Source: Acidimicrobiales bacterium (GTDB lineage: Bacteria > Actinomycetota > Acidimicrobiia > Acidimicrobiales > RAAP-2). From it: a stretch of DNA of 64,000 nt. The stretch's first letter is position 1. Each line of letters opens with the position of its first letter. A model generated the notes under the pieces. The model saw only the letters and a program-made list of their open reading frames with translations, was not told where the DNA came from and made no database searches. Location of the stretch: the NCBI GenBank assembly GCA_035949355.1, contig DASZIH010000057.1, positions 48-64,047 on the forward strand. Reading direction: 5' to 3'. This document shows, in pieces, positions 1-8,204 of this stretch. A program made the translations under genes and the position numbers.

Positions 1-463
1 GCTCGGACCAGTCGGTTACCTCCACGCGACCGGACCAGTGTTCGACTCCCGCTTCATGCTGAAGAACCTGGGTCGTGAGCCAATCAGGGGGAACCCTCGA
101 GTCGGCGTCGGTCGTGGCCAGCCAGATTGTCGAGGGCTCGATGCGTGACCACCGCGTCAACAACACTGCACACCCAAGTCGGCGCGCGTAGCCGACGTTC
201 CTGGCCCTGCACGTGACGACGCGCAGATCGACTGAACCTTGCTCTCGATCGAGTTCGTCTCTGCGTTCGCGCGCAATGACCTCACTGGCGTCGCTACAGG
301 CGTCGAGGACCACCACCAACGTCGCCGCCAAACCGCTCGGTTGCAGCTCGTCGAACGCGTCAACCAATGAACGAAGTGAGTCGGCAAGTAGCTCTTGCTC
401 GTCGTGTACCGGCAGCACGACGCCCACCGCCGCCGTTCGAAGGAGCGGCGACACTATTGTCAC
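1..463 (-). CDS. Glycosyltransferase family 2 protein (partial; runs off window start)
   Basis: Not in ORF track. Manual translation from GTG at 463 (GTGA overlap with upstream stop) gives MTIVSPLLRTAAVGVVLPVHDEQELL...VVVLDACSDAS...NVGYARRLG...WLATTDADSRVPPDWL, with the GT2 N-terminal motif and a DAD (DxD) motif. Confidence 0.85.
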   Translation of the reverse strand, partial: MTIVSPLLRTAAVGVVLPVHDEQELLADSLRSLVDAFDELQPSGLAATLVVVLDACSDASEVIARERRDELDREQGSVDLRVVTCRARNVGYARRLGCAVLLTRWSRIEPSTIWLATTDADSRVPPDWLTTQVLQHEAGVEHWSGRVEVTDWSE

Positions 464-1032
464 TTGACGCGCTCCCATAGGTCGAGTACGAACTCGTCTT
501 CAAGGTGGTGGACGACGTTCCTCAGACGTCTCCTTCCGTCAATGATCGCGTGCGCTTCGTCGCCAGTGAGCGGGTAATCGGTCTCTCCTCGCCAATGCAC
601 CGCGATGACGTGAGCGCCGGGACCAGTTGAGTCGTCCACGTGCTCGAGAATGTCGCGTAGCGAGGGGGCGTCAAAGTAGTACGCGACTTCGCTCAGGACT
701 ACGAGGTCGAAGACCTCGTCGGGCCACGACTCCGGGATTGCCCGATACTCAACGATCACGTTCTCGAAGTCCTTGAGCCGCTTGGTCGCACTCTCCAAAG
801 CACTCGGAACGATGTCAGTGGCGAGCAAACTGTCGCAACGAGGCGCCAACAGTTCCGTGAGCACACCAACGGAGCACCCCGGTTCAAACGCGCTGAGGTA
901 GAGCTCTCTCGGTAACGTGTCGATCGTCAAGGCGTATTTTCGTTGCTCGTACGAACTCGACGCGAAACTCCATGGATCGTCGACGTCCGCGTACATCTCG
1001 TGAAAGTACTGACGATCTGTTGAGACGTTCAT
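460..1032 (-). CDS. Class I SAM-dependent methyltransferase, NodS-like
   Basis: DDPWSF..SYEQRKY, EPGCSVG SAM motif, FDLVVLSEVAYY. Start moved to ATG 1032 (ATGA overlap with the deacetylase stop); the track's 1359 start overlaps the neighbouring gene. Confidence 0.85.
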   Translation of the reverse strand: MNVSTDRQYFHEMYADVDDPWSFASSSYEQRKYALTIDTLPRELYLSAFEPGCSVGVLTELLAPRCDSLLATDIVPSALESATKRLKDFENVIVEYRAIPESWPDEVFDLVVLSEVAYYFDAPSLRDILEHVDDSTGPGAHVIAVHWRGETDYPLTGDEAHAIIDGRRRLRNVVHHLEDEFVLDLWERVK

Positions 1033-1790
1033 GCCGGGTCCGCCTCGTCGACGTACACCTCGTAGGTTCGCCAGAATCTGCGCATCAGTGGAGCGGGAAG
1101 GACTGGCGCGTCCGCGGCCCTCGGGCCGAGGGGCTGGGTCTGCGATCGAAAAGCTTCCGTCGCCCAGCGCTTTCGAGCGCGCTCGCGTCGAGTGAGGTCG
1201 AGCCGGCAACAGTGATCCCAAGGAATGTCCGAACCCCAGGGGTCGGCCCAGTGCCACGCCCATACCAAGTACTCGAGAGGGCGCGCTCCCACGCGCTTGC
1301 TCGCCGACCTCGCTGCGTCTCCACAGGTGTCGTGATCCGGATGACCGTCGCGTCGCCACGGGGCGACGCAGAGATCGCCGGGCTGGAGGACGGTCTCAAG
1401 CGTCTCTTCCAGGCGGTCTCGATGTCGAGCGACCTTGCCATCGGGGATGTGGAGTTGAACGATCTCGGGGAGTCCCCACCCCAGCCGGCGAAGCGCGACG
1501 TGCGATTCAAGAAAGCGCACGCTGGCGAGGTCGAACCGCGTCGGCGCGTGCGACGAAGGGTGCGAAGCCTCACCATCAGTGACCGCGATGATCGTGATCG
1601 GAACGCGCCGCGACAGAGCGCCCTGAATCAGACCTCCCGCGCCGAGAACCTCGTCGTCGGGGTGCGGCGCGATCACGATCACTCGCTTCGCGGAAGGCCA
1701 CGACAACGTTTTGAGGTCGTGGTGACGGCCGGCGGCCTTCCAAAGGCCTTCGGGCTGACCTAGGTGTTCGTCGTCGACGGTCAGTTCCAC
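1029..1790 (-). CDS. PIG-L/LmbE family deacetylase
   Basis: APHPDDE and GHPDH metal-binding motifs, VTDGEASH. Confidence 0.9.
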   Translation of the reverse strand: MELTVDDEHLGQPEGLWKAAGRHHDLKTLSWPSAKRVIVIAPHPDDEVLGAGGLIQGALSRRVPITIIAVTDGEASHPSSHAPTRFDLASVRFLESHVALRRLGWGLPEIVQLHIPDGKVARHRDRLEETLETVLQPGDLCVAPWRRDGHPDHDTCGDAARSASKRVGARPLEYLVWAWHWADPWGSDIPWDHCCRLDLTRRERARKRWATEAFRSQTQPLGPRAADAPVLPAPLMRRFWRTYEVYVDEADPA

Positions 1791-2740
1791 GCACGCACCT
1801 CCCTCGCGAGCCGTCCGAGTTCCGCCGCGTCGATGCCTCCATGATGTTGCGACAAGTACACGTACAGGTCCGCGGCGCGTCGTGATTGGGCGGCGTCGAG
1901 ACAGAGCGGTCGAGCGCCGCCGGCGGAGCCAACACGAGCGAGCACTTCCATCGCCGCGTCGTGAACGAACTGACGCGCGACCAAGGCTCGATAGCGAGCC
2001 CGTCCCGCTGCGTCGGTGGGATCGACGTCAATCGCGTCGGCCGAACTCTTCAGCACCACTCGCATCGCCTCGAGGGACGTCACCGCCACACCAACGTCCG
2101 CGAGGACGTGCTCGTTCGGTTCAACTGGCAGCGATTTGACAAGATTTCGGACGAGACCTTCGGCACCTCCGTACCAACACGCGGCGACACCCGAGGCGCC
2201 GAACCAGAATCCCTGACGCGAAGTGTAGAAATCCGGAGGTCCCACGACGTGATCGTTGGGAATGACGGGACCCGCAAACTCAAGCGTTTCGCTGACTGAA
2301 TCGGCCATCCCAACGGCCGGCCACGAATCTTCGTGGACGACGGCCACGTTCTTTTCGAGTGCGATGTCGAAGATTCGATAGCCCTCGTTGGTCTCCGCCG
2401 TGACGAGAGCCCTGTCGATGATCCCGCTTCCCGAACAGAACTCTTTGCTGCCCGTTAAGCGCCAACCACCCGCTACCCGTTCGGCCACGGTCCCGCCTCG
2501 ACTTGATCGGGCGGCCCACACGCCGTAGGTAGTTCCTTCGCTGACCGGCCCCATTCCCGCTTCAGCCAGAATCGCCGTTGCGTCGGCGTGACCTTCAACG
2601 AGCCTGCCCACGGAGAGGTCCTTCGACGACCACGACGCGAGCACCTCGAAGCGACGCCACGTACTGCCCGATCCGGGCAAGGGAAGGTTCGTCGCGTCAG
2701 TTCGAACGAACTCGTCGAGAGCTGCTCGAGCCCGTGACAT
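1781..2740 (-). CDS. Acyl-CoA dehydrogenase-like flavoprotein
   Basis: GRLVEGHADA, GWRLTGSKEFCSG, WPAVGM and DLYVYLSQHH motifs of the ACAD-like fold. ATG 2740 is preceded by GGAGGAGG. Confidence 0.75.
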   Translation of the reverse strand: MSRARAALDEFVRTDATNLPLPGSGSTWRRFEVLASWSSKDLSVGRLVEGHADATAILAEAGMGPVSEGTTYGVWAARSSRGGTVAERVAGGWRLTGSKEFCSGSGIIDRALVTAETNEGYRIFDIALEKNVAVVHEDSWPAVGMADSVSETLEFAGPVIPNDHVVGPPDFYTSRQGFWFGASGVAACWYGGAEGLVRNLVKSLPVEPNEHVLADVGVAVTSLEAMRVVLKSSADAIDVDPTDAAGRARYRALVARQFVHDAAMEVLARVGSAGGARPLCLDAAQSRRAADLYVYLSQHHGGIDAAELGRLAREVRAWN

Positions 2741-2866
2741 CACCACCTCCTCCATCTAGAACCTGGTGGAGACCGCCGCGCTGCGGACGGCTCTCGCGGA
2801 CTTCGCGCTCGCGACGCGAAGTGTTCCGTCCTCTCTCAATCATCGCCACGTGCGTGAGACGACCGG

Positions 2867-3397
2867 CTAGTTGAGACCATCAAGGAGGTCGAGCATGTCT
2901 TCGGCGTGCTCTTCTTCCACGGCGAGAATCTCCTCCAACATCCGTCGCGTGGTCGGGTCGCCATCGCCCAGCCAGGTGATGATCTCGGTGTACGAGGCAA
3001 TGGCAACTCGCTCGGCGACGAGGTCCTCTTGGATCATCTTCTCCAAGTCTTGCGACGAGTCGTACTCAGAGTGACTTCGACCGGTCAACGTCTCGGGATT
3101 GAAGTCCGGCTCGCCACCGAGCTGCGTTATTCGAGCAGCGATCAAATCCGCGTGGTCCGACTCCTCACCGGCGTGCTGAAGGAACTCTTCCGCGGCGGAC
3201 TGCGCGCTCAGTCCTCGCGCGGTGTGGTAATGCCGCTTGTAGCGAAGCACGCAGACGAGCTCTGTGGCCAACGCCTGGTTGAGCACGAAAATGACTCGCT
3301 CGAGATCGGCGCCGTAGGCGTCGGTCACGGGACCTTTCTTCATGTTCGTTCGCGCCCGCTTGCGCAACGTCTCGATGTCAGTCAAGAACTCTTCCAT
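2867..3397 (-). CDS. Ferritin-like (bacterioferritin-related) diiron protein
   Basis: ATELVCVLRY, EESDH, ARITQLGGEP, DLVAERVAI and EEEH ferroxidase-type motifs. Start taken at ATG 3397; an ATG 30 nt upstream is an alternative. Confidence 0.85.
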   Translation of the reverse strand: MEEFLTDIETLRKRARTNMKKGPVTDAYGADLERVIFVLNQALATELVCVLRYKRHYHTARGLSAQSAAEEFLQHAGEESDHADLIAARITQLGGEPDFNPETLTGRSHSEYDSSQDLEKMIQEDLVAERVAIASYTEIITWLGDGDPTTRRMLEEILAVEEEHAEDMLDLLDGLN

Positions 3398-3606
3398 GGT
3401 GTCACTCTCTCTTTTCTTCGTCGGCATGATGTCCGAGCCGTCAAATTTGCCCTTGTGACGAGAGTCGCGTTGGACTCTCACGTTTACCAACTGCCTTCTC
3501 AGCTCTTTCGGACCGCGTCCGTCCAGCGCCCGAAATGCAGCGTCATCGATTGACTCTGACCAGAACGTGTCCCCTTTCTGCACCCCATCGATTCCACTTC
3601 GCCGCT

Positions 3607-3906
3607 CTAACGAGCACCATCGTCGTCATCTTCTGCGCCCATCGATTCGAAGTCACCTTCGTCAACGCCGCCGACAGTGTCGCCCACACTTCCTTGGTCC
3701 TCACCTCCAGTCGACTGAGGGTCACGAACGTCTACGCCGCCGACGGCGTCGTCTTCATCACTCGGGTCCTCATCACCCACCACGTCAAGAGGCCGCACGT
3801 CTCTGCCGCCAACGGCGTCGACTCCGCGGTCGTGATGCCCTTGATCCTCGTGATCGCCTGGCTGGGTGATTCCTTCGTTCGTGTTCTTTGACTCATCGCT
3901 TTCCAT
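3607..3906 (-). CDS. Small acidic Gly/Asp-rich repeat protein (hypothetical)
   Basis: ATG 3906 with GAGGG RBS; 99 aa; repeats DAVGGRDVR / DAVGGVDVR / DTVGGVDEG. Confidence 0.6.
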   Translation of the reverse strand: MESDESKNTNEGITQPGDHEDQGHHDRGVDAVGGRDVRPLDVVGDEDPSDEDDAVGGVDVRDPQSTGGEDQGSVGDTVGGVDEGDFESMGAEDDDDGAR

Positions 3907-4303
3907 GATTCGCCCTCGCTCTTGTCGCACTGTTGAGTGGTGATCTTCACTACGAAGGTCACCCCGGTGTTGAGCAAAGTATCTTTTGACTCGAAACGAT
4001 TGTCAAGTTACTTTTCTGTTGCAACGTCTTGTTTGTACCCTTCGAAAAAGCTGAGGCGACAATGACGTCGTTAGGTGACCACGATGGGGTGTTTCCGTGA
4101 CGATGACGCAGTGATCGACGCCGCGACAAAAGCTCGACATTCGGTCTCGGGCGACGAGTTCCCTTGCCGCAACTCCGATTCGGAGAACAATAGAACGTGG
4201 ATCGTTCGCGTCCGAATGAGGCGAAGAATCGCTTCGAAACGCCGTGGACGCCTTTCGCCGCCTCGCCGGACGTACGCGCATCGACGACACGTATCCGCGC
4301 AAC

Positions 4304-4459
4304 CTAGAAGTAGTGCCGTCGGCCGCCAACCGCGTGGTCCAGAGACCCGAGAATCCATAGCACCACGCCCACCACGAGCAGGACGACACCGATAGTCCAA
4401 AGGATTGGCACGCCTAAAAGGAAACCAAGGATTAGTAGAACGACACCGAACATAATCAT
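4304..4459 (-). CDS. 51-aa membrane protein, DUF6131-like
   Basis: Below the ORF-track cutoff. Translates as MIMFGVVLLILGFLLGVPILWTIGVVLLVVGVVLWILGSLDHAVGGRRHYF with GGAGG RBS; the GGRRHYF C-terminus is recalled as typical of actinobacterial DUF6131. Confidence 0.8.
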   Translation of the reverse strand: MIMFGVVLLILGFLLGVPILWTIGVVLLVVGVVLWILGSLDHAVGGRRHYF

Positions 4460-4514
4460 GTTGCCCTCCGATATCACTGTCTTGTTTTCCAGCGGCTCTC
4501 GCTGTTACGTGAGG

Positions 4515-4543
4515 ACAGTAGCGTGCACGACGCGCGAACTCAA
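4515..4543 (-). promoter_or_regulatory. Putative sigma70-type promoter for the DUF6131-like gene
   Basis: Minus strand TTGAGT-N17-TACTGT, about 55 nt upstream of the ATG. Confidence 0.35.
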
Positions 4544-5141
4544 GCGAAGCGAGTTGAATTCTCGTACGAAGTTCATGAGAAAACTGCTTCTGCTTTCGGA
4601 CGTCGGACGAAGTTTTAGAACTGGCTGAGAATGCTGTTCACCATCGCTCGTTAACGTGAAACGTCATCTCTATTCCAACGCGTGTCGACGTTCTCAATCA
4701 GACGTGGCAAGTTTATTTTCAACGCGACTGTCAACTTTTTTTTCCGGTGGTGGCGCGTCTTGGTACTCGCTTTCGTCATCTGTTTTCGCCAAGGGGCGTC
4801 GGCACCTCGAACGCGTCGAGGCTGACTTCTCGGCCAGAGGGAGTTCCTCTGCGGAGCGCACCCACACGAGGGTCGACCCTCAAGAGTCTCTCAGTCGCTT
4901 GAGTACCTCTTGACGACCGAGCGCGACTGAATTGCACGTGAATGCTTTGTTCGCACTGTCAATCGGTGGCCGCGAAAGAGACCCTTGTTTCGATGCTGCT
5001 ACGAAAGAATCGTTGACCGGTTCTCCAGGTTTTGTCAACCTCCATCTGCTAGACAGACTGTGTTGGCGCACGAAAGAGCGCCCGTCATCAGAGCCTCGCG
5101 GAGGTGGTCGCCGTGACGTTCTTCTAAAGGGAGGATTTACG

Positions 5142-5558
5142 GTGTTCACAAGAACTAGACGTATGGCCGCCGCAACAAGAGCGGCACTCGCGAGTGGTGT
5201 GGTCTTGGCCACGTTGGTCGTTTCACTGGGTGTCTCCGTGCCGAGCAGTTCTGCCTTAGGTACGAGTCCCTTCTGCAAGACGATGTTTACGTTCCATCCC
5301 GTGGCACCACCGACGAAGATCAGTACCACGAGTTATTCGAAGTGGGCCAAGGCGTACTTGCCGTTCTATGAGAAGTTGGACTCTGAGGCACCGAACGCCA
5401 AAACGAAGGCCATCCTCGACGAGATCGTGACGATCCTCAAGTACGAAGCCGGTTCGAACAGCCTCAAGGGTCTCGAGACGTATATCGCGACGAACCAGAA
5501 GAAGTTCGCGAAGAGCTCGGTCGCTTTGGCGAAAGCCATCATTGCGTGCGCGGGATAG
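5142..5558 (+). CDS. Secreted Lys-rich hypothetical protein
   Basis: GTG 5142 after AGGGAGGA; signal peptide ending SSA/LG; Cys near both ends of the mature region. Confidence 0.7.
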   Translation: MFTRTRRMAAATRAALASGVVLATLVVSLGVSVPSSSALGTSPFCKTMFTFHPVAPPTKISTTSYSKWAKAYLPFYEKLDSEAPNAKTKAILDEIVTILKYEAGSNSLKGLETYIATNQKKFAKSSVALAKAIIACAG

Positions 5559-5761
5559 TCAACTCGTCAACACGAATGACTAGCTGACCTCAGTCGGGGG
5601 AACCACGGCGCAACCTTGAGTTGTACACCGCGAGACTCAGGTCATCATCTGAGTCAAGAAACACCCCAATCAAAGGCCTTTACGAGTGATTCGGGAGTAC
5701 GCGAGGCGGGCCGTCTACGATTGTGTGAAACCACGAACGTTACTGAGCCACTCACGTCCCA

Positions 5762-6712
5762 TTGAACTCTCTCTCACGACCCACTGTTTCCTCGTTCATC
5801 GATCGAGGCCCTCGTCGACCTGGCGTCGCGCGCACGACCTTCTCCCTACTACTTGCGGTCTTCATCGGACTCGCACTTTTCGTGTACGCGGCGCCCTCAC
5901 GTGCAAACGCTGCGTCAAAGTCAAAGGTCACGTACCCGGTCGGTATTCCCAATACCAATGAGCCCTCGGGGATGAGTCCTCCGGGTCCGAACGACCTCGC
6001 GGGTTACACGGAGAGTTACGTTAATGACTTCACCTCCAACGAGCTACCAGCGGGTTGGGACGTCTTCAGTGGCATCCCCGGAGGCGATCCCGGTGGCCAC
6101 TTCGGTCTGCAACACGTTCAGTTCAGTGGCGGCGTCCTTCGACTGAACGCGTGGAGAGACGTCAACTATCACGACCGCTGGGTCACCGGGGGTCTCTGCC
6201 AATGCGGCCTCAGCCGCGTCTACGGCGCGTACTTCGTGCGCTCGCGTGAGACTGGTCCCGGTCCCAATGAGGTGCAACTCCTTTGGCCAGTGACCAATAT
6301 ATGGCCACCGGAGATCGACTTCAATGAGACGGGCGCGTCGGACGTCAAGACGACCGAGACCGTGCACTACGGCACTCAAAACACCATGGACCACGGCAAC
6401 ATTCAGCTCAACATGCTCAAGTGGCACACGTGGGGGGTCATCTGGAGTGCCACGTCCGTGACGTTCTTGGTCGACGGACGAGTGTGGAGTCGAGAGACCA
6501 ACCCGGCCAATATCCCCAGCGTTCCGATGGACCTCAACCTGGAACAGCGAGCCCTATGCACGGTGGGACGCCAATGCCCGACGAAGAACGTGTCGATGCT
6601 CGTCGACTGGGTCGCTGAGTACGTCGCGGGAGTAACGCCAACGACGACGACGACGTCGACGACAACCACGTCATCGACTTCGACGACAACGACTTCGACC
6701 ACTACGCCGTAG
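5762..6712 (+). CDS. Secreted glycoside hydrolase family 16 protein with Thr/Ser tail
   Basis: WPPEIDFNE (ExDxxE catalytic motif), WHTWGVIW, FLVDG, MLVDWV; signal peptide ending ANA. Start codon uncertain. Confidence 0.8.
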   Translation: MNSLSRPTVSSFIDRGPRRPGVARTTFSLLLAVFIGLALFVYAAPSRANAASKSKVTYPVGIPNTNEPSGMSPPGPNDLAGYTESYVNDFTSNELPAGWDVFSGIPGGDPGGHFGLQHVQFSGGVLRLNAWRDVNYHDRWVTGGLCQCGLSRVYGAYFVRSRETGPGPNEVQLLWPVTNIWPPEIDFNETGASDVKTTETVHYGTQNTMDHGNIQLNMLKWHTWGVIWSATSVTFLVDGRVWSRETNPANIPSVPMDLNLEQRALCTVGRQCPTKNVSMLVDWVAEYVAGVTPTTTTTSTTTTSSTSTTTTSTTTP

Positions 6713-7003
6713 CCGTTCACCCGAACGGCCCACTTCCATCACGGTTGCGTCACGTTGACGAACACGACACATGACACGTCGCCGATTTTCAAAACTCGTC
6801 GTCACAAAATTTGGCTTCGCTGCGCGACGCAACTTTTCGTCGATCGAGCGTTGTGGATTCTGTGGCAAGCGAAAATTTCTGGCGCCGTCTCTCAAATCGT
6901 GACCGAAGAAGTTCGGCTAATACGCCTTCGAATCAGGCACTTCGCTCTCGTCTCGCCCGTGAAGTCAACCCACCATTTCACAAGGAAAGCCCGTCGAATC
7001 GAC

Positions 7004-7032
7004 TTGACATGGTGGACATCGGTGACTACATT
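7004..7032 (+). promoter_or_regulatory. sigma70 promoter of the LacI-ABC-GH1 operon
   Basis: TTGACA (7004-7009), 17-nt spacer, TACATT (7027-7032). Confidence 0.8.
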
Positions 7033-7063
7033 GTAAGCGGTTACAACTCTGTAAGCGGTTACA
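7032..7063. promoter_or_regulatory. Two tandem LacI-family operators
   Basis: Identical near-palindromes TGTAAGCGGTTACA at 7032-7045 and 7050-7063, with the central CG typical of LacI-family sites, covering the presumed +1 upstream of a LacI gene. Confidence 0.85.
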
Positions 7064-7095
7064 TTCAGAGTTGCAGGGGAGATTTAGGGGGGCCG

Positions 7096-8202
7096 GTGGT
7101 CGATTCACCACCAACGATTTATGACGTCGCGAAATTGGCCGGCGTCTCAATCGCGACAGTAAGTCGCGCGCTCAACTCTCTCTCATCAGTGCGCCCCTCG
7201 ACGCGCGCCAAAGTTATGGCGGCGATGGACGAGTTGGAGTTCGTTCCCAACGCGGTGGCGCGAGGTCTCTCGAGTGGAAAGCACTGGATCCTCGGACTCG
7301 TCTTTACGCGTGCCACCGTCGACAACAACGTGCTCATCGTCGAAGAGGCGAGTCTGCTCTACACGGACATCGTTATTAGAGGTGCCGAGACCCGAGCTGC
7401 GGAACACGGCTACTCGCTGCTCTTGAGTAGTGCCGACGACAGTCACCCTTCAGGGATGAACTCCCTGCTCAATTTAAGTGGCACCGTAGACGGCTTGATC
7501 CTCTTGGACCGTGTGTTGGGCGACGAGGACGTGGCCTATCTATCTCGACGGATCCCCGTCGTCTTGCTCGCGGGAAAGGGTGATTCTCCCTCTGCCGTCA
7601 CGGTACGCGTCGACAACGAGCAAGCCATGCGAAGTCTGGTCGAACACCTCACGACCGTGCACGACATCACTCGCGTGGGCTTCGTCTCCGGCGCGGACGC
7701 GAGCCCCGACAGCGTTGCGCGCGTCATTGCCTTTCGTAAGGCGATGACAGAGTGCGGTGGCACCTTGGACGACGTCGACCTTCTCGACGGGGACTGGACG
7801 TCGGCGGGCGGCGAAGCCGTCATGCAAGCACGACTCAATCGGCCCGAGCCGTTGCCCCAGGCGTTCGCCTGCGCGAACGATCAAATGGCGGTCGGCGTGA
7901 TCTACGCGCTCAACGCGAGAGGGCTCAAGGTACCTGACGACGTCGTGGTCACGGGCTTTGACGACATCACGCTCACCCGGTACTTCAAACCTTCACTCAC
8001 GACCATCCGCCAATCGGGCAGTCTGCTCGGAGAGGTCGCCGTCGACACTCTTGTCGCCACACTCGACGCGTCACACGACATCGAGCGGACGATCGTCCTG
8101 CCGACCGAGTTAGTCGTTCGTGGTAGTTGCGGTTGCGTCGATGAGAGCGAAGCCCGACTCTCCCTCGCGGGCGTGTCGTCATTACGAAGTGATGGTGGCT
8201 GA
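7096..8202 (+). CDS. LacI family transcriptional regulator
   Basis: TIYDVAKLAGVSIATVSRALN HTH, ANDQMAVG, VTGFDD, PSLTTIRQ. Start moved to GTG 7096. Confidence 0.95.
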   Translation: MVDSPPTIYDVAKLAGVSIATVSRALNSLSSVRPSTRAKVMAAMDELEFVPNAVARGLSSGKHWILGLVFTRATVDNNVLIVEEASLLYTDIVIRGAETRAAEHGYSLLLSSADDSHPSGMNSLLNLSGTVDGLILLDRVLGDEDVAYLSRRIPVVLLAGKGDSPSAVTVRVDNEQAMRSLVEHLTTVHDITRVGFVSGADASPDSVARVIAFRKAMTECGGTLDDVDLLDGDWTSAGGEAVMQARLNRPEPLPQAFACANDQMAVGVIYALNARGLKVPDDVVVTGFDDITLTRYFKPSLTTIRQSGSLLGEVAVDTLVATLDASHDIERTIVLPTELVVRGSCGCVDESEARLSLAGVSSLRSDGG

Positions 8203-8204
8203 GC

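Noticed and set aside
1033-1359. N-terminal extension of the methyltransferase ORF in the track
   Set aside because: It overlaps the PIG-L gene in another frame; the ATGA-coupled start at 1032 fits better. The same applies to extended starts at 6811, 9271, 38498, 40159, 50997 and 62029.
4020-4060. SigF/SigB-type promoter (GGGTAC on the minus strand)
   Set aside because: No GTTT -35 element at the expected spacing.
5615-5655. CTTGAGT...ACTCAGG as a HAIR (HspR) operator, plus an overlapping GACTCAG/CTGAGTC hairpin
   Set aside because: The spacer is 13 nt rather than 7 and no chaperone gene follows; more likely a terminator-like structure or chance.
6640-6708. ACG-rich tandem repeat as microsatellite or array
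   Set aside because: It encodes the Thr/Ser tail of GH16; synonymous variation shows a protein-level repeat.
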